DNA from: Pseudomonadales bacterium | GTDB lineage: Bacteria > Pseudomonadota > Gammaproteobacteria > Pseudomonadales > IMCC2047 | DNA length: 64,000 nucleotides | Assembly (NCBI GenBank): GCA_036960805.1 | Contig: JBALXL010000001.1 | Span: 129,028-193,027 of the forward strand | Direction: 5' to 3' | In this document: positions 12,276 through 24,140 of the stretch, piece by piece | Position numbering within the stretch: the first letter of the stretch is position 1 | Layout of the letters: the number at the start of each line of letters is the position of its first letter | Position numbers and translations under genes: made by a program | The notes under the pieces: generated by a model | The model's input: only the letters and a program-made list of their open reading frames with translations | Told to the model about the DNA's origin: nothing | Databases searched by the model: none

Positions 12276-12701
12276 ATGGCAGTTGAACGCACTCTATCTA
12301 TTATCAAACCAGACGCAGTAGCTAAAAACGTAATCGGCGAAATTTACAGCCGTTTCGAAACTAGCGATCTGAAAATTGTTGCTTCTAAAATGATGCACAT
12401 GGACGAAGCTAAAGCTGGCGGTTTCTACGCTGAGCACAAAGAACGTCCTTTCTTCGGCGATTTGGTTGGATTCATGACATCCGGCCCTGTGATCGTTCAG
12501 GTTCTGGAAGGCGAAAGCGCTGTCCTTAAAAACCGTGATCTGATGGGCGCAACTAACCCGGCTGAAGCGGCTGCTGGCACTATCCGTGCTGATTTCGCAC
12601 AGTCTATCGACGCAAACGCAGTACACGGTTCTGATTCTACTGATTCAGCGGCACGTGAAATTGCGTATTTCTTCGCAGCGGACGAAGTTTGCGCACGTTA
12701 A
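12276..12701 (+). CDS. ndk: Nucleoside diphosphate kinase
   Basis: [28 protein letters not shown]. Confidence 0.98.
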   Translation: MAVERTLSIIKPDAVAKNVIGEIYSRFETSDLKIVASKMMHMDEAKAGGFYAEHKERPFFGDLVGFMTSGPVIVQVLEGESAVLKNRDLMGATNPAEAAAGTIRADFAQSIDANAVHGSDSTDSAAREIAYFFAADEVCAR

Positions 12702-12765
12702 GATCCGTTGGGTTTTAACTGTTTGATCTCGATTCTATTTTTTTGTAAAGTAAAAGGCGGCCGAT

Positions 12766-13875
12766 ATGACTGACTCAGTAAACAAAGTTAATCTGCTCGG
12801 TATGCCAGTCGAGAAGCTGGAGGCTTTTTTCCTCGAAATTGGTGAGAAAAGCTTTCGTGCTAAACAGGTCATGAAATGGATTCACCATTTTGGTGTTTCT
12901 GATTTTAATGACATGACGGATTTGGGCAAAGGGCTGCGTGAAAAACTCAGCGACATTGCCGAGATTCGTGGTCCAGAAGTGGTCTACGAAGGTATCTCCA
13001 AAGATGGTACCCGCAAGTGGGTAGTGAAGGTCGATGGTGGTAGCAGCGTAGAAGCGGTGCTAATTCCTGACGGTAAACGTGCCACGTTGTGCGTGTCTTC
13101 ACAGGCCGGCTGTATTCTTGATTGTAGTTTTTGCTCCACCGGTAAGCAGGGTTTTAACCGCAATTTGAGCGCCGCTGAAATTATTGGTCAGGTGTGGATT
13201 GCCAGTAAAGCCGTCACCGAACGTCTTGGTGCCAATGACCAGGCAATCACCAATGTGGTGATGATGGGCATGGGCGAGCCGCTGCTTAACTTCGATAATG
13301 TGGTGGATGCCATTCACATTATGATGCAGGATTGGGGTTACGGTATTTCTAAGCGCCGCGTCACGGTGAGTACTGCGGGTGTCGTGCCTGCGATAGATAA
13401 GCTGCGTGAAGTGCTGGATGTTTCGCTAGCAATTTCCCTGCATGCACCAAACGATGAGCTGCGTAGTCAACTGGTGCCACTCAATAAAAAATACCCGATC
13501 AAAGAATTGTTCGCTGCCTGTCACCGCTATCTTGAAGTATTGGGTGAGCGTCGGGTGATTACGATTGAGTACACGCTGATTGCTGGCGTGAACGATCAAC
13601 CAGAACATGCTCGTGAGCTAGCTCAAATATTGCGTGAGCTACCCTGTAAAGTGAATTTGATTCCCTTCAATCCGTTCTCGCTATCGGATTACACTCGCCC
13701 GTCACGTAATGCCGTGAAAGCCTTCCAGGATATTTTGATCCATGCTGGCTATACCGCTCCGATACGCAGCACTCGTGGGGATGATATCGACGCTGCCTGT
13801 GGTCAGTTGGTCGGGCAGGTGGAAGATCGTACTCGTCGTAATAGTCGCTATATTAATGCTGCCAATATCAGTTAA
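12766..13875 (+). CDS. rlmN: 23S rRNA/tRNA m2A methyltransferase (radical SAM)
   Basis: [26 protein letters not shown]. Confidence 0.97.
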   Translation: MTDSVNKVNLLGMPVEKLEAFFLEIGEKSFRAKQVMKWIHHFGVSDFNDMTDLGKGLREKLSDIAEIRGPEVVYEGISKDGTRKWVVKVDGGSSVEAVLIPDGKRATLCVSSQAGCILDCSFCSTGKQGFNRNLSAAEIIGQVWIASKAVTERLGANDQAITNVVMMGMGEPLLNFDNVVDAIHIMMQDWGYGISKRRVTVSTAGVVPAIDKLREVLDVSLAISLHAPNDELRSQLVPLNKKYPIKELFAACHRYLEVLGERRVITIEYTLIAGVNDQPEHARELAQILRELPCKVNLIPFNPFSLSDYTRPSRNAVKAFQDILIHAGYTAPIRSTRGDDIDAACGQLVGQVEDRTRRNSRYINAANIS

Positions 13876-14007
13876 TTCTAAATTGTCGGCAACAATAACA
13901 ACGGGTTTTCTTGTGCTGGCTGTGTCTAGTCTATACTGAACATCAGTAACAACCTGTAACTGTTTGTTTTCAGTTATTTAGTATTCCTTCAAGACGAAGA
14001 GAAAGAC

Positions 14008-14817
14008 ATGAAGAGTAAACCAACCTGTGTTGGAAAAGCGGCCTTTATAGGTAAGTTGGCCGGGGTTTTGTGCGTGGCATTATTGGTCGGTTGTGTATCC
14101 ACGACTAACTCGCGTTATGCTAATAATGCTAATGAGATTGATGCGCTGGAAAAGTATACTGACTTAGGCTTGGTGTACCTTCAAAAGGGTGACACAGCTG
14201 AAGCGATGCGACCTTTAAGGCGCGCGCTGGAGCTGGGCCCCAAATCCCCTGATGTGCATGCGGCTTTTGCGATGCTGTTTGAGATGGAAAAAGACTTTTC
14301 GCGTGCAGAACGTTATTTTAAAGATGCGCTGAGCTATAGCGACGGAGTTAACAACACGCGTATCCGCAATAACTATGCGAGCTTTTTGTTTAAAACAGAG
14401 CGTTTGATTGATGCCTGCGAACAGTTACGCCTAGCTAGTGAAGATCCTTTTTATGAGCGTCGCGCGACTGTGTATGAAAACCTTGGTGTGTGTTATCAGC
14501 GCTTAGGGCGGAACGAAAATGCGCTTGCGGCTTATGAGCGGGCTATCAATATTGACGACACCCGTGGTCGAGCGTTACTGGAAGCCGCGTACCTGCAGTT
14601 TGAAAAGGATAGCGTTGATCTAAGCGCTGAGCATCATAGTAATTTTCAGCGTTTAGTGCGTTATCGTATGGTGTCGAGCAGTCCCAAGAGTTTATGGTTG
14701 GGTGTGAAGTTGGCGCGTTATAACGGCGATCAAAACGCTGAGGCGAGCTATGAACTTAAGCTTAGAAATCAGTTCCCTGACTCGCCGGAAAACAAGAGTT
14801 TGTTGAAGGGTGGATAA
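14008..14817 (+). CDS. pilW: Type IV pilus pilotin, TPR lipoprotein (PilW/PilF)
   Basis: Lipobox LVGC, TPR-like repeats, RNNYASFL, ENLGVC; rlmN-pilW-rodZ synteny. Confidence 0.9.
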   Translation: MKSKPTCVGKAAFIGKLAGVLCVALLVGCVSTTNSRYANNANEIDALEKYTDLGLVYLQKGDTAEAMRPLRRALELGPKSPDVHAAFAMLFEMEKDFSRAERYFKDALSYSDGVNNTRIRNNYASFLFKTERLIDACEQLRLASEDPFYERRATVYENLGVCYQRLGRNENALAAYERAINIDDTRGRALLEAAYLQFEKDSVDLSAEHHSNFQRLVRYRMVSSSPKSLWLGVKLARYNGDQNAEASYELKLRNQFPDSPENKSLLKGG

Positions 14818-15645
14818 GTGAACAATCTTGCTGAAAATTTATCCGAACACAAAGGCGCTGTCGATTTAACGCTTGTTGCAAGTCAACTCAGTGTTGGCGA
14901 ACAGCTTAAAAAAGCGCGTCAGGGACGTGGTTGGACGTCCAGTGATGTTGCGCAACGATTAAACCTGACAGAGCGTTATATTGTTGCTCTTGAAACGGAT
15001 GATTATTCCGCGTTACCTGGCACTATCTTCGTGCGAGGTTATTTACGTAGTTATGCGCAATGTGTCGGGCTTGAAAAAGAGGCCGTTGTTGAGGCTTACG
15101 AAAGCTATTTGAGGGCTAACGCTGCACCCGTTAAACTACGTAAGCGTGAAAGGTTAAAGGCTTTTTCTACTGCTCCGGTTATGCGTGCTTTGGGTGCGCT
15201 GTCGGTGTTATTGTTTGTACTTTTATCGATGTACTGGTGGCGTAGCGAGCAGCCAGCTGTAGTTGTAGTAGGTATTGACAGTATGACCGTGGTCGAAGTG
15301 GGAACTGTTGAGGGTGGAACAAAAATTCAAACACTCGATATGAATGCATTTCCCTTGGCGGCTAGTGATCATGTGGCAGGTAGTCAATTGTCCGCGGCTC
15401 AGGGTGATGTTTTACTGGTGGAATTTGTTGATAGTAGTTGGCTGGAAGTACGCGATAACAGTGGTCAAATCCTGTTTAGTGGCGTGAAGCAAGGTGGAGA
15501 GCGGCTACAGCTTACCAGCTTGTCTCCTGTTGAAGTTGCAATAGGCAATGCAGCAGCCGTGAAACTGTCATACAATAGTTCGCCGGTTGATCTGTCACTT
15601 TATACCCTCAATGGTAATGCCGTTGAATTAAAGCTTGGATTGTGA
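14818..15645 (+). CDS. rodZ: Cytoskeleton protein RodZ
   Basis: N-terminal HTH (LKKAR...FVRGYLRSYA), one TM helix, C-terminal SWLEVRD...IGNAAAV domain. Confidence 0.9.
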   Translation: MNNLAENLSEHKGAVDLTLVASQLSVGEQLKKARQGRGWTSSDVAQRLNLTERYIVALETDDYSALPGTIFVRGYLRSYAQCVGLEKEAVVEAYESYLRANAAPVKLRKRERLKAFSTAPVMRALGALSVLLFVLLSMYWWRSEQPAVVVVGIDSMTVVEVGTVEGGTKIQTLDMNAFPLAASDHVAGSQLSAAQGDVLLVEFVDSSWLEVRDNSGQILFSGVKQGGERLQLTSLSPVEVAIGNAAAVKLSYNSSPVDLSLYTLNGNAVELKLGL

Positions 15646-15759
15646 ATTCAAAACTTGGCATATAAGGGTATGACAAGACCTACCTAATGATCAGGAGAGC
15701 ACTATATCGCTCATCTGTGAACCCAAAAACTCATAAATTATTGAATTAAGGATTACGCC

Positions 15760-17037
15760 TTGGCAAAGATTAAAGCCATCCGAGGTATGAATGATATTTT
15801 GCCTGCCGAAACGGCGACTTGGCAGTATCTCGAAGAAACAGTTTTACGTGTGCTGAAGCGTTATGGCTATCAGCAAATTCGTATGCCGATTGTGGAACAA
15901 ACCGACCTCTTTAAACGCTCTATTGGTGAAGTAACCGATATCGTTGAAAAGGAAATGTATACCTTTGATGACCGAAATGGTGAAAGCCTGACGCTGCGTC
16001 CCGAAGGTACTGCCTGCTGCGTGCGCGCCTGTGAAGAGCACGGTCTGCTTTATAACCAGGTACAACGGTTGTGGTACAGCGGCCCAATGTTTCGTTACGA
16101 ACGTCCACAAAAAGGGCGGTATCGCCAGTTTCATCAGATTGGTATAGAAACCTTTGGTATGAGCGGCCCGGATATTGATGCCGAATTGATTCTAATGAGC
16201 GCACGTCTATGGCGTGAGTTAGGCTTGTTGGATCATGTTACCTTGGAAATCAACTCGCTGGGCAGTGCTGAAGCTCGGGCACGTTACCGTGATGAATTAG
16301 TAAGCTATCTTGAGGCGCGAGTTGATCAACTTGATGCGGACAGTCAGCGACGCATGAGTAGCAACCCGTTACGTATTCTGGATAGCAAAAACCCGGATAC
16401 TCAGGCGGTGCTGGATGGCGCCCCTAATTTTAAAGATTATCTGGATACTGAATCGGCCGAGCACTTTAATGAGTTGCTAGCGACGCTGGATGCTGCTGGT
16501 ATTGCCTATCGTGTTAATCCGCGCTTGGTAAGAGGGCTAGATTATTACAGCAAAACCGTTTTTGAATGGATTACAACGGAGTTGGGCGCGCAGGGCACAG
16601 TGTGTGCTGGCGGACGTTATGACGGCTTAGTTGAACAGTTAGGCGGTAAAGCAACCCCTGCAGTTGGTTTTGCCATGGGTGTTGAACGGCTGGTACTGAT
16701 GCTGCAAACTTTGCAACTTGTGCCGACCGCACTGGATATCACAGCCGATGTCTATATTGCTTCGGTCGGTGAAGGTGCTGCAAACGCTGCTTTACAGCTT
16801 GCTGAAGCACTTCGCTCTGATGCGCTTGATTTACGTGTGCAGGTGAACTGTGGCGGCGGTGGTTTTAAAGGGCAGCTCAAACGTGCTGACCGAAGTGGTG
16901 CAGCATACGCCGTATTGATTGGCGAAGAAGAGCTGGCACAAGGCCGTGTGACTGTTAAACCTCTGCGAGGCGGTGAACAGGCCAGTGTGGCAAGCAGTGA
17001 ATTATGCTCGTATTTTAAATCGTTAAAAACACAATAA
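15760..17037 (+). CDS. hisS: Histidine--tRNA ligase (TTG start)
   Basis: [35 protein letters not shown]. Confidence 0.98.
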   Translation: MAKIKAIRGMNDILPAETATWQYLEETVLRVLKRYGYQQIRMPIVEQTDLFKRSIGEVTDIVEKEMYTFDDRNGESLTLRPEGTACCVRACEEHGLLYNQVQRLWYSGPMFRYERPQKGRYRQFHQIGIETFGMSGPDIDAELILMSARLWRELGLLDHVTLEINSLGSAEARARYRDELVSYLEARVDQLDADSQRRMSSNPLRILDSKNPDTQAVLDGAPNFKDYLDTESAEHFNELLATLDAAGIAYRVNPRLVRGLDYYSKTVFEWITTELGAQGTVCAGGRYDGLVEQLGGKATPAVGFAMGVERLVLMLQTLQLVPTALDITADVYIASVGEGAANAALQLAEALRSDALDLRVQVNCGGGGFKGQLKRADRSGAAYAVLIGEEELAQGRVTVKPLRGGEQASVASSELCSYFKSLKTQ

Positions 17038-17053
17038 GTCTCGGAGTATTTAG

Positions 17054-17716
17054 GTGGAAACGTATCGTACTGAAGAAGAACAATTAGCGGCACTTAAACG
17101 CTGGTGGAAAAAGAATGGTACTTCTATTTTGGTGGGTATTGCGCTGGCAGTAGCTGCGGTTTTTGGATGGCAGAGCTGGCAGGAAAATCAACGACTAGCG
17201 GGTGAAGAAGCCTCTGAGCTTTACTTTACGTTGCTTGAAGCCGTGACATTGAATGACAGTGCGCAAACTTCTACTGTGATGCATTTGGTGGAACAGCTGC
17301 AAAATGATCACGACTCGCGTACTTATGCGCAATATGCCGCATTGTTGGCTGCTAAGCAGGCATTGTTGTCTAGTGATCTGGAGCTGGCTGAAGAGCAATT
17401 AAATTGGGCGGTAGATAAAGCGGAACAGGGTGGATCACTGCATAACGTGGCTACATTGCGCTTGGCGAGAGTTATTGCTGCTAAGGGCGGTGATGATAAT
17501 TTAGTCAGTGCGTTGGCATTAATTGAAGATGTTGATTCCGGTTCATATACCGCTTCTTTTGAGGAAGTTAAGGGTGATCTTTACTTGAGACTTGGCCGTG
17601 AAAATGAAGCACGAAATGCTTATCAAGCTGCTGCTGACGTGTTAAAAACTAGCAATGGCGACACTTTGCTTATAGATATGAAGCTGAATGATTTAGCGGT
17701 TGCCGGAGAATTTTAA
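17054..17716 (+). CDS. yfgM: Ancillary SecYEG subunit YfgM (TPR)
   Basis: TEEEQLAALKRWWKKNG plus TM helix; LRLARV, EVKGD. Confidence 0.92.
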   Translation: METYRTEEEQLAALKRWWKKNGTSILVGIALAVAAVFGWQSWQENQRLAGEEASELYFTLLEAVTLNDSAQTSTVMHLVEQLQNDHDSRTYAQYAALLAAKQALLSSDLELAEEQLNWAVDKAEQGGSLHNVATLRLARVIAAKGGDDNLVSALALIEDVDSGSYTASFEEVKGDLYLRLGRENEARNAYQAAADVLKTSNGDTLLIDMKLNDLAVAGEF

Positions 17717-18871
17717 ATGAAAAATCTGAGCCGTTTGCTTGTTGCCTTTACGTTACTGTCATTGATGACCGGTTGTGCACTGTTTTCCAAAGATAAAGAT
17801 GAAGGGCCTGCACCCACACCACTGGTGAAATTCAAGGCCCAGGCAAAGTTAGATAAACAGTGGTCGGCTAAAGTGGGTAGTGGTATTGGCGAAACCTATA
17901 CCAAACTTACTCCGGCTATTGATGGTAGTAACATTTATGCTGCCGATGCTAAAGGCGTGATTGCCGCTTTTGATCGTAAGACAGGTAAGCGTCAGTGGCG
18001 CGTGAGCCTTAAAGAGCCTTTGAGTGGCGGTGTCGGCGCAGGCTATGGCCTGGTTCTGGTGGGTACTAGTAGTGGTCATCTTGTCGCTTTGAGTCAAGAG
18101 GATGGTAGCCAGTTGTGGCGCGCTGCGGTTTCCAGTGAGATTTTATCTGCACCTAAAACCAACGCCAGTACGGTTGTGGTTCAAACGCTCGACGAAAACA
18201 TTTATGGTTTTGATCACATCACCGGTGAACGACGCTGGCAGTATGAAAGCAGTGCTGCGACCTTGTCTTTGCGTGGTACCAGTAGTCCGGTTGTGACTTC
18301 TGAAGTCGCTATTGTTGGCATGGGCAACGGCCAGATTGTTGCACTTAATCCTGCTAATGGTGCGTTGCTGTGGAAACAGCGTGCAGGTGTACCGCAGGGG
18401 CGCTCTGAATTTGAACGTATGACCGATGTTGATGGCGATTTACTGTTGGCTGGAGACACACTTTATGCGACCAGTTTTCAGGGCTTTGTTGTTGCTTTGA
18501 GTGCCAGTACAGGACGTCCGCTTTGGCGTCGTGAGTTATCCAGTTTTCATGGTCCTGATGAAGGGCTTGGTAATTTGTATGTCAGTGATGCTAACGACCA
18601 GCTGCATGCACTGAGTCAGAGTGATAATGAGCAGGCCTGGATTCAAAAGGCGTTGCTTAACCGACACATTACGGCGCCCATTACCTTTGCAAACTACGTC
18701 GCTGTCGCCGATGGTGAAGGTTATCTGCATGTACTGTCGCAGCGTGATGGTAGCTTCGTTGCGCGGAAAAAGATTGATGGCGACGGCGTGAGCACCAGCC
18801 TGTTAGCTAAGGGTAAAACACTGTATGTCTATGGCAACAGTGGTAAATTAGTTGCGTTAACTGTCGAATAG
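17717..18871 (+). CDS. bamB: Outer membrane assembly lipoprotein BamB
   Basis: Lipobox MTGC, PQQ-like propeller repeats, LSLRGTSSP; between yfgM and der. Confidence 0.95.
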   Translation: MKNLSRLLVAFTLLSLMTGCALFSKDKDEGPAPTPLVKFKAQAKLDKQWSAKVGSGIGETYTKLTPAIDGSNIYAADAKGVIAAFDRKTGKRQWRVSLKEPLSGGVGAGYGLVLVGTSSGHLVALSQEDGSQLWRAAVSSEILSAPKTNASTVVVQTLDENIYGFDHITGERRWQYESSAATLSLRGTSSPVVTSEVAIVGMGNGQIVALNPANGALLWKQRAGVPQGRSEFERMTDVDGDLLLAGDTLYATSFQGFVVALSASTGRPLWRRELSSFHGPDEGLGNLYVSDANDQLHALSQSDNEQAWIQKALLNRHITAPITFANYVAVADGEGYLHVLSQRDGSFVARKKIDGDGVSTSLLAKGKTLYVYGNSGKLVALTVE

Positions 18872-18972
18872 TAAGTTTCGTATTGGCCGCTTACTAGGGC
18901 CGCTTCAGTAACCGTTTTAGTTCTTATATATCTGCCTTAGGGCAGATGAGTCACCATTTACAGGTTTAGGTC

Positions 18973-20376
18973 ATGATACCAGTCATCGCAATTGTGGGTC
19001 GTCCCAATGTTGGGAAATCCACGCTTTTTAATCGTTTGACTAAATCGCGTGATGCGTTGGTTGCCGACTATGCAGGTTTAACCCGTGATCGTAAATACGG
19101 TGAAGGTGAAATTGGTGAGCGCAAATTTATCGTTATTGATACCGGAGGTATCAGTGGTGGTGAGGCGGGCATTGATACAAAAATGGCAGATCAGTCATGG
19201 CAGGCGATGGATGAAGCCGATGCCGTTGTGTTTTTGGTGGACGCTCAGGCGGGTTTGACCGCCGCCGATGAAATGATTGCTAATCACCTGCGAAAAATTA
19301 ATAAAACTTGTTATTTGGTGGCCAATAAAACCGACGGTTTGAACGCTGACGTGGCCACCGTTGAGTTCCATCGCATGGGCATGGGGGAGCTTTATCATAT
19401 TGCCGCCGCCCATAACCGTGGTGTCACCAGCCTGATGGAAATTGTGCTGGGTAAATTCCCGGAGCCGGAAGATTTTGATGGTGGTGAAGCAACAAAAGGT
19501 ACACGTATTGCCGTGATTGGTCGCCCTAATGTGGGCAAATCAACCTTGGTAAACCGGATGCTAGGTGAGGACCGAGTGGTGGTGTATGACCAACCGGGTA
19601 CCACGCGTGACAGTGTTTATATTCCCTACGAGAGACATGGTAAGCCTTATACCCTGATTGACACCGCTGGTGTGCGTCGTCGGAAAAATGTGAAGGAAGC
19701 GGTCGAGAAGTTTTCTATTATTAAAGCTCTGCAAGCTATTTCCGACGCCAACGTTGTTATTTGTGTGTTTGATGCGCGCGAAGGTGTAGTGGATCAGGAT
19801 TTGCACATGCTGGGTTTTGCACTGGATGCGGGTCGCTCGTTGGTGATTGCCATCAATAAATGGGATGGCATGGATGCGGACGAGAAACGTAAAGTTAAAA
19901 ACGAATTGAATCGTCGTCTTGAGTTTGTTGGTTACGCGAAAATTCATTTTATCTCCGCGTTACATGGCACGGCTGTTGGTGATTTATACGGTTCTGTCGA
20001 CAAGGCCTATGCCTCTGCTACAACGCGTTGGTCGACTAATAAGTTGACGACAATTTTGCAACAGGCAACCACTGAACATGCACCGCCGATGGTTAATGGC
20101 CGTCGTATTAAACTGCGGATGGCACACCTAGGTGGAACCAATCCACCGCGCTTTATTATCCACGGTAATCAGACTGAAAAAGTCCCCAATAATTACACAC
20201 GATTTTTGGAAAATACTTACCGCAAAGCGTTGAAGATTGAAGGTACGCCCGTTTTTATTGAGTACAAATCTGGTACCAATCCATTCGAAGGGCGTAAAAA
20301 TCTACTGACGCAGCGCCAGATTGGTAAAAAACAACGTTTGGTGGAGCACGCGCGACACAATAAGCGCGGCCGTTAA
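18973..20376 (+). CDS. der: Ribosome biogenesis GTPase Der (EngA)
   Basis: Two [10 protein letters not shown]-loops, DTGG and DTAG, NKTD and NKWD. Confidence 0.98.
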   Translation: MIPVIAIVGRPNVGKSTLFNRLTKSRDALVADYAGLTRDRKYGEGEIGERKFIVIDTGGISGGEAGIDTKMADQSWQAMDEADAVVFLVDAQAGLTAADEMIANHLRKINKTCYLVANKTDGLNADVATVEFHRMGMGELYHIAAAHNRGVTSLMEIVLGKFPEPEDFDGGEATKGTRIAVIGRPNVGKSTLVNRMLGEDRVVVYDQPGTTRDSVYIPYERHGKPYTLIDTAGVRRRKNVKEAVEKFSIIKALQAISDANVVICVFDAREGVVDQDLHMLGFALDAGRSLVIAINKWDGMDADEKRKVKNELNRRLEFVGYAKIHFISALHGTAVGDLYGSVDKAYASATTRWSTNKLTTILQQATTEHAPPMVNGRRIKLRMAHLGGTNPPRFIIHGNQTEKVPNNYTRFLENTYRKALKIEGTPVFIEYKSGTNPFEGRKNLLTQRQIGKKQRLVEHARHNKRGR

Positions 20377-20482
20377 CGGCTTGTTCTTGGGTCGCTAAGG
20401 GCAGTAAAATTGGTGTTTGCGTTTTGGGCTTACTCTGTTGTTGGCCCATTCCGTCCCTTTCTTAATGGCTAGGAGCTGATTT

Positions 20483-21913
20483 ATGTTGTGGCGTCCTCGC
20501 TCCATTCTGCAATTAATGCTGTTTGGTCTTATTACCGTGGTCGCGCCCCTGTGTGTGGCCATTTTTTATACGGTCCAAACTCTGGATGAGTTAGCGCGCC
20601 AGAATCAGTCGGTCAACCAACAAACCATCTCCCTTACCCGTAGTAGTCAAGTGTTTGAATCGAGTTTGCTCGATCTGGAACGACGTGCAGGGCAATATGT
20701 CGCCTTGGGCGATAACGATCTATTGGATTTATTTGTGCATGAGCGTGAGCAGCTGTTGATCACGTTGCGCCAGATTGAGTCGACTTTAGTTGGTGTCCAG
20801 AGTGATGCTGGCAGTTCAATGCGGAGCACCCAGCAGCAGCTGTACGATACGTTGCAGAGTGTGCCTGATTCAGGAGCTGACCTAGCTAAGGCGCTGTCGT
20901 CGTTTGAGCAGTTAGCGGATGGCTCGGCGGCATTTCGGGACCTGGTGCAGAGCTATGTAGATCAGCAACTAGACGAGCTAGGTATGCACGCCGAAGATAT
21001 CCAGCAATCATTGATGCTGATGGTGGCACTGTTAGCGGTACTGACCTTTGCCTTTTCGTTGCTGCTGATTTACTGGATTAATACACCGATCAAACAACTT
21101 GAACGACAGATCCGGCAGCTGGGTAGAGGGGATATGAGTCAGGAAATTCGTATCTCGGGGCCTTCAGAAATACAACTGCTCGGTACTCAGCTGGAATGGT
21201 TACGTACACGACTAGATGAGCTTGAAAAGGAGAAGTTGCAGTTTCTGCGGCATATGTCTCATGAATTAAAGACACCGTTGGCAAGCTTGAGAGAAGGTGC
21301 TGATTTGTTGGCCGAAGGCGTGGCTGGTGAATTGTTGGGAAAACAGCAGGAAGTTGTTGATATTATTCAGGCCAATAGCCGTGAATTACAGCGGTTGATT
21401 GAAAATTTACTCGATTATAATCAAATGATTCACAGTCAGCATTTACTTCGAGAACCGTTAGCTTTGCAGGACCTGTGGCAGGAATTAATTGCCGCTCATC
21501 AAATGACCATCGAACGTAAAGGTTTGCAGGTGAGTCTGGACGGTGATATCGAGCAATGGCCAGTTGATGAAAAAAAATTCACAGCGGTGCTGGATAATTT
21601 GATGTCCAATGCGGTCAACTATAGCCCTTTACAGGGGCGGATTAATATCCACTGGCGAGTTGAACATGATAACTTAATGATGGAGGTGGCAAACTCCGGT
21701 GAAACCATTTCTGATGTTGACAAAGATAAAATATTCGACCCTTTTTATCAGGGTTCTAACAGCCGCCATGGACCTATTAAAGGGTCTGGCATTGGTTTAA
21801 GTGTGGCTCGTGAATGTATGCAGGCACATGGCGGTAGTTTGTCACTTGTGGAGCACCCCGTTTTGGCCGTGTGCTTTCATTTAGAGTGTCCCGGCTTGGA
21901 GAAAAAACAGTGA
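20483..21913 (+). CDS. glrK: Sensor histidine kinase GlrK/QseE-like (TM-periplasmic-TM-HAMP-HisKA-HATPase)
   Basis: FLRHMSHELKTPLASLREG H-box, NAVNYS, KGSGIGLS; kinase-lipoprotein-NtrC-type regulator order. Confidence 0.85.
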   Translation: MLWRPRSILQLMLFGLITVVAPLCVAIFYTVQTLDELARQNQSVNQQTISLTRSSQVFESSLLDLERRAGQYVALGDNDLLDLFVHEREQLLITLRQIESTLVGVQSDAGSSMRSTQQQLYDTLQSVPDSGADLAKALSSFEQLADGSAAFRDLVQSYVDQQLDELGMHAEDIQQSLMLMVALLAVLTFAFSLLLIYWINTPIKQLERQIRQLGRGDMSQEIRISGPSEIQLLGTQLEWLRTRLDELEKEKLQFLRHMSHELKTPLASLREGADLLAEGVAGELLGKQQEVVDIIQANSRELQRLIENLLDYNQMIHSQHLLREPLALQDLWQELIAAHQMTIERKGLQVSLDGDIEQWPVDEKKFTAVLDNLMSNAVNYSPLQGRINIHWRVEHDNLMMEVANSGETISDVDKDKIFDPFYQGSNSRHGPIKGSGIGLSVARECMQAHGGSLSLVEHPVLAVCFHLECPGLEKKQ

Positions 21914-22422
21914 AACACTTGATGGTGACTTTGGTTTTGTTGGCGTGTGCTGGCTGTGAATCATTGCAACCCAATTATTATGAAGGCTGGAACCGTGAGC
22001 CAACCTTAACAACTGAGCAGCGACATTATTGGCTACGTATTGCCGATTTGTACATGGAGTTAACGCCAACCCAGGCGCAGCAGCGGTTGAATAAAATCGG
22101 TGATGAAGAGAAAACTAGTCTGCAATGGTTTCGTTATGCCTTACTTAATCAGCAGTTAAATGAGCGTGCTGGCTGGATACGTTCTCGTGATGCGTACCGT
22201 CAGCTGCTAGTGACAGAACATTTTGGCAGTGAGTTGCGTGGCTTAACGAAACTGTTGCTTAAGTATAATCAGAATATGATCAATTGGGATGCACGTTACA
22301 ATAAGGTGCAAATCCAGCTTAAGGAAAGTGAAGCAATGCAGCAGGTCTTGGAAGAAAAGATTCAAGCTATTACTAACCTTGAGCAGAGTATAAGTTCCCG
22401 TAAAGAGCAAGTCAGTGAGTAA
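21910..22422 (+). CDS. qseG: Alpha-helical lipoprotein, QseG/YfhG-like accessory protein
   Basis: GTG start overlapping glrK stop; lipobox CAGC; C-terminal KIQAITNLEQSISSR resembles the QseG end. Confidence 0.75.
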   Translation: MKHLMVTLVLLACAGCESLQPNYYEGWNREPTLTTEQRHYWLRIADLYMELTPTQAQQRLNKIGDEEKTSLQWFRYALLNQQLNERAGWIRSRDAYRQLLVTEHFGSELRGLTKLLLKYNQNMINWDARYNKVQIQLKESEAMQQVLEEKIQAITNLEQSISSRKEQVSE

Positions 22423-22427
22423 TAGAC

Positions 22428-23777
22428 ATGGCTGATTCACCCTCCCCCCATATTTTATTGGTCGATGATGATCCGAGCTTAAAGCGTTTGCTGGTCATGC
22501 GTTTGGAAGCCGAGCACTACCGTGTACGAACCGCTAATGATGGGCAGGAAGCGTTACGTGAATTAACCGTACAGGATATTGATCTGGTGATCAGTGATCT
22601 GCGCATGGATGGCATGGACGGCATTGAGTTGTTCGAAGAAATTCAACGGCTGCACCCAGGCATCCCCGTCATTATTATTACTGCTCAGGGATCAATTTCC
22701 GATGCGGTGTCGGCTACCCAGAAAGGGGTCTTTGGTTTTTTGACCAAGCCGGTCGACAAAGTAGAACTGTTTCAGCAAATTGAACAGGCCTTATCACACA
22801 GTAGTCATTCAACAACGAAAGATGACGATGAGCAGTGGTGTTCACAGATACTGACTCGCAGTGAGAGCATGGAACGACTGCTGAAAACTGCTAAGCGAGT
22901 AGCAGAGTCAGATGTTAGTCTATTAATTACCGGAGCCAGCGGTACCGGTAAAGAACTGTTGGCACAAGCGATTCATCGCGGCAGTCCACGTCAGGATCAG
23001 CCCTTTATTCCTATTAATTGTGGTGCATTGCCAGAGCCCTTGCTCGAATCGGAATTATTTGGTCATGTGAAAGGGGCTTTTACCGGCGCCAGCAATGATC
23101 ACCTTGGTCTGTTGCGTGCGGCAGACGGCGGTACACTGTTTCTTGATGAAATTGGTGATATGCCCGTTCCGTTGCAGGTCAAACTGTTACGCGTACTTCA
23201 GGAGCGCCAAGTTAGGCCTGTTGGTAGTACGCAGAGCTACTCCGTTGATGTGCGTATTATTTCTGCGACTCACCGGGATCTCGAGCAAGCCATGCAAACA
23301 GGTCTGTTTCGTGAAGATTTATATTACCGGCTGAACGTGGTTAATTTAAAAATCCCTCCCTTGAGCGAACGCCGTGAAGACATCCCTTTATTAGCTAATT
23401 ATTTTTTACAGCAATGTCAGAAAGGGCGTTACAGCAAGGCAACCGCGTTTAGTCCTGAGGCCATTAATGTGTTGGTGGGGGCTGCTTGGCCGGGGAATGT
23501 GCGACAGCTTGAAAATGCAGTGCAACAAATGGTTGCCTTGGCACACACAAAACTGATTCCTGAGTCGCTTGTTTGTGATGCCATAGAGAGTGAGTCTGGC
23601 GTCATGCCATCGTTTAATGATGCGCGCCACCATTTTGAGCGCGATTATTTGGTGAAGGTGCTGCGCTTAACGGAAGGCAATGTGTCAAGAGCAGCAAAAC
23701 TGGCGCAGCGTAATAGAACTGATTTTTATAAGTTACTACAGCGTCATGAGCTGAAACCGGAGCAGTTTAAAAGTTAA
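22428..23777 (+). CDS. glrR: Sigma-54-dependent response regulator GlrR/QseF
   Basis: Receiver LVDDD / SDLRMD; GASGTGKE; intact GAFTGA; C-terminal [10 protein letters not shown]. Confidence 0.92.
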   Translation: MADSPSPHILLVDDDPSLKRLLVMRLEAEHYRVRTANDGQEALRELTVQDIDLVISDLRMDGMDGIELFEEIQRLHPGIPVIIITAQGSISDAVSATQKGVFGFLTKPVDKVELFQQIEQALSHSSHSTTKDDDEQWCSQILTRSESMERLLKTAKRVAESDVSLLITGASGTGKELLAQAIHRGSPRQDQPFIPINCGALPEPLLESELFGHVKGAFTGASNDHLGLLRAADGGTLFLDEIGDMPVPLQVKLLRVLQERQVRPVGSTQSYSVDVRIISATHRDLEQAMQTGLFREDLYYRLNVVNLKIPPLSERREDIPLLANYFLQQCQKGRYSKATAFSPEAINVLVGAAWPGNVRQLENAVQQMVALAHTKLIPESLVCDAIESESGVMPSFNDARHHFERDYLVKVLRLTEGNVSRAAKLAQRNRTDFYKLLQRHELKPEQFKS

Positions 23778-23860
23778 TAGCGCATGCGAAAATATGGAGC
23801 TATGTTTGTTTTTCTTTCAGGTTCATGTAGATGTTTGAAGTTCCAGCGTTTTGGAGCTAT

Positions 23861-24040
23861 TGTCGCTGAATGCCGACACTCTGATTGAGGGCGGAAGTGG
23901 CTGGCAGGAAAGTATTTGCCGCTTTTTATTAGCGGTATAAGGTCTTTCTTATTGAAGTTGTCATCAAAAACAGACGCCGTAAGTTATTGAAATAAGAAGG
24001 ATTTTAAAATAACGCTTATTTTTGTATCCAAAAACAGACG
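23861..24040 (+). promoter_or_regulatory. Three GlrR-type upstream activator boxes plus IHF-like site
   Basis: TGTC-N10-GACA 23861-23878; TGTC-N10-GACG 23959-23976; TGTA-N10-GACG 24023-24040; TAAGTTATTGAAA 23980-23992 (one mismatch to IHF consensus on reverse strand). Confidence 0.75.
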
Positions 24041-24124
24041 CTTATTTGCGTACTTTGCCTGCCGCCATGAACAATCTCCTTGATATTCCCCTTAACCTAA
24101 TGAAATATAAGCTTAAATAATAGT

Positions 24125-24140
24125 TGGCATGAATTTCGCT
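24125..24140 (+). promoter_or_regulatory. Sigma-54 (-24/-12) promoter
   Basis: TGGCATGAATTTCGCT, i.e. GG-N10-GC. Confidence 0.75.

Noticed and set aside
20377-20482. GlmY-like sRNA upstream of glrK
   Set aside because: Only 106 bp, with no sigma-54 motif, GlrR box, terminator or recognisable similarity
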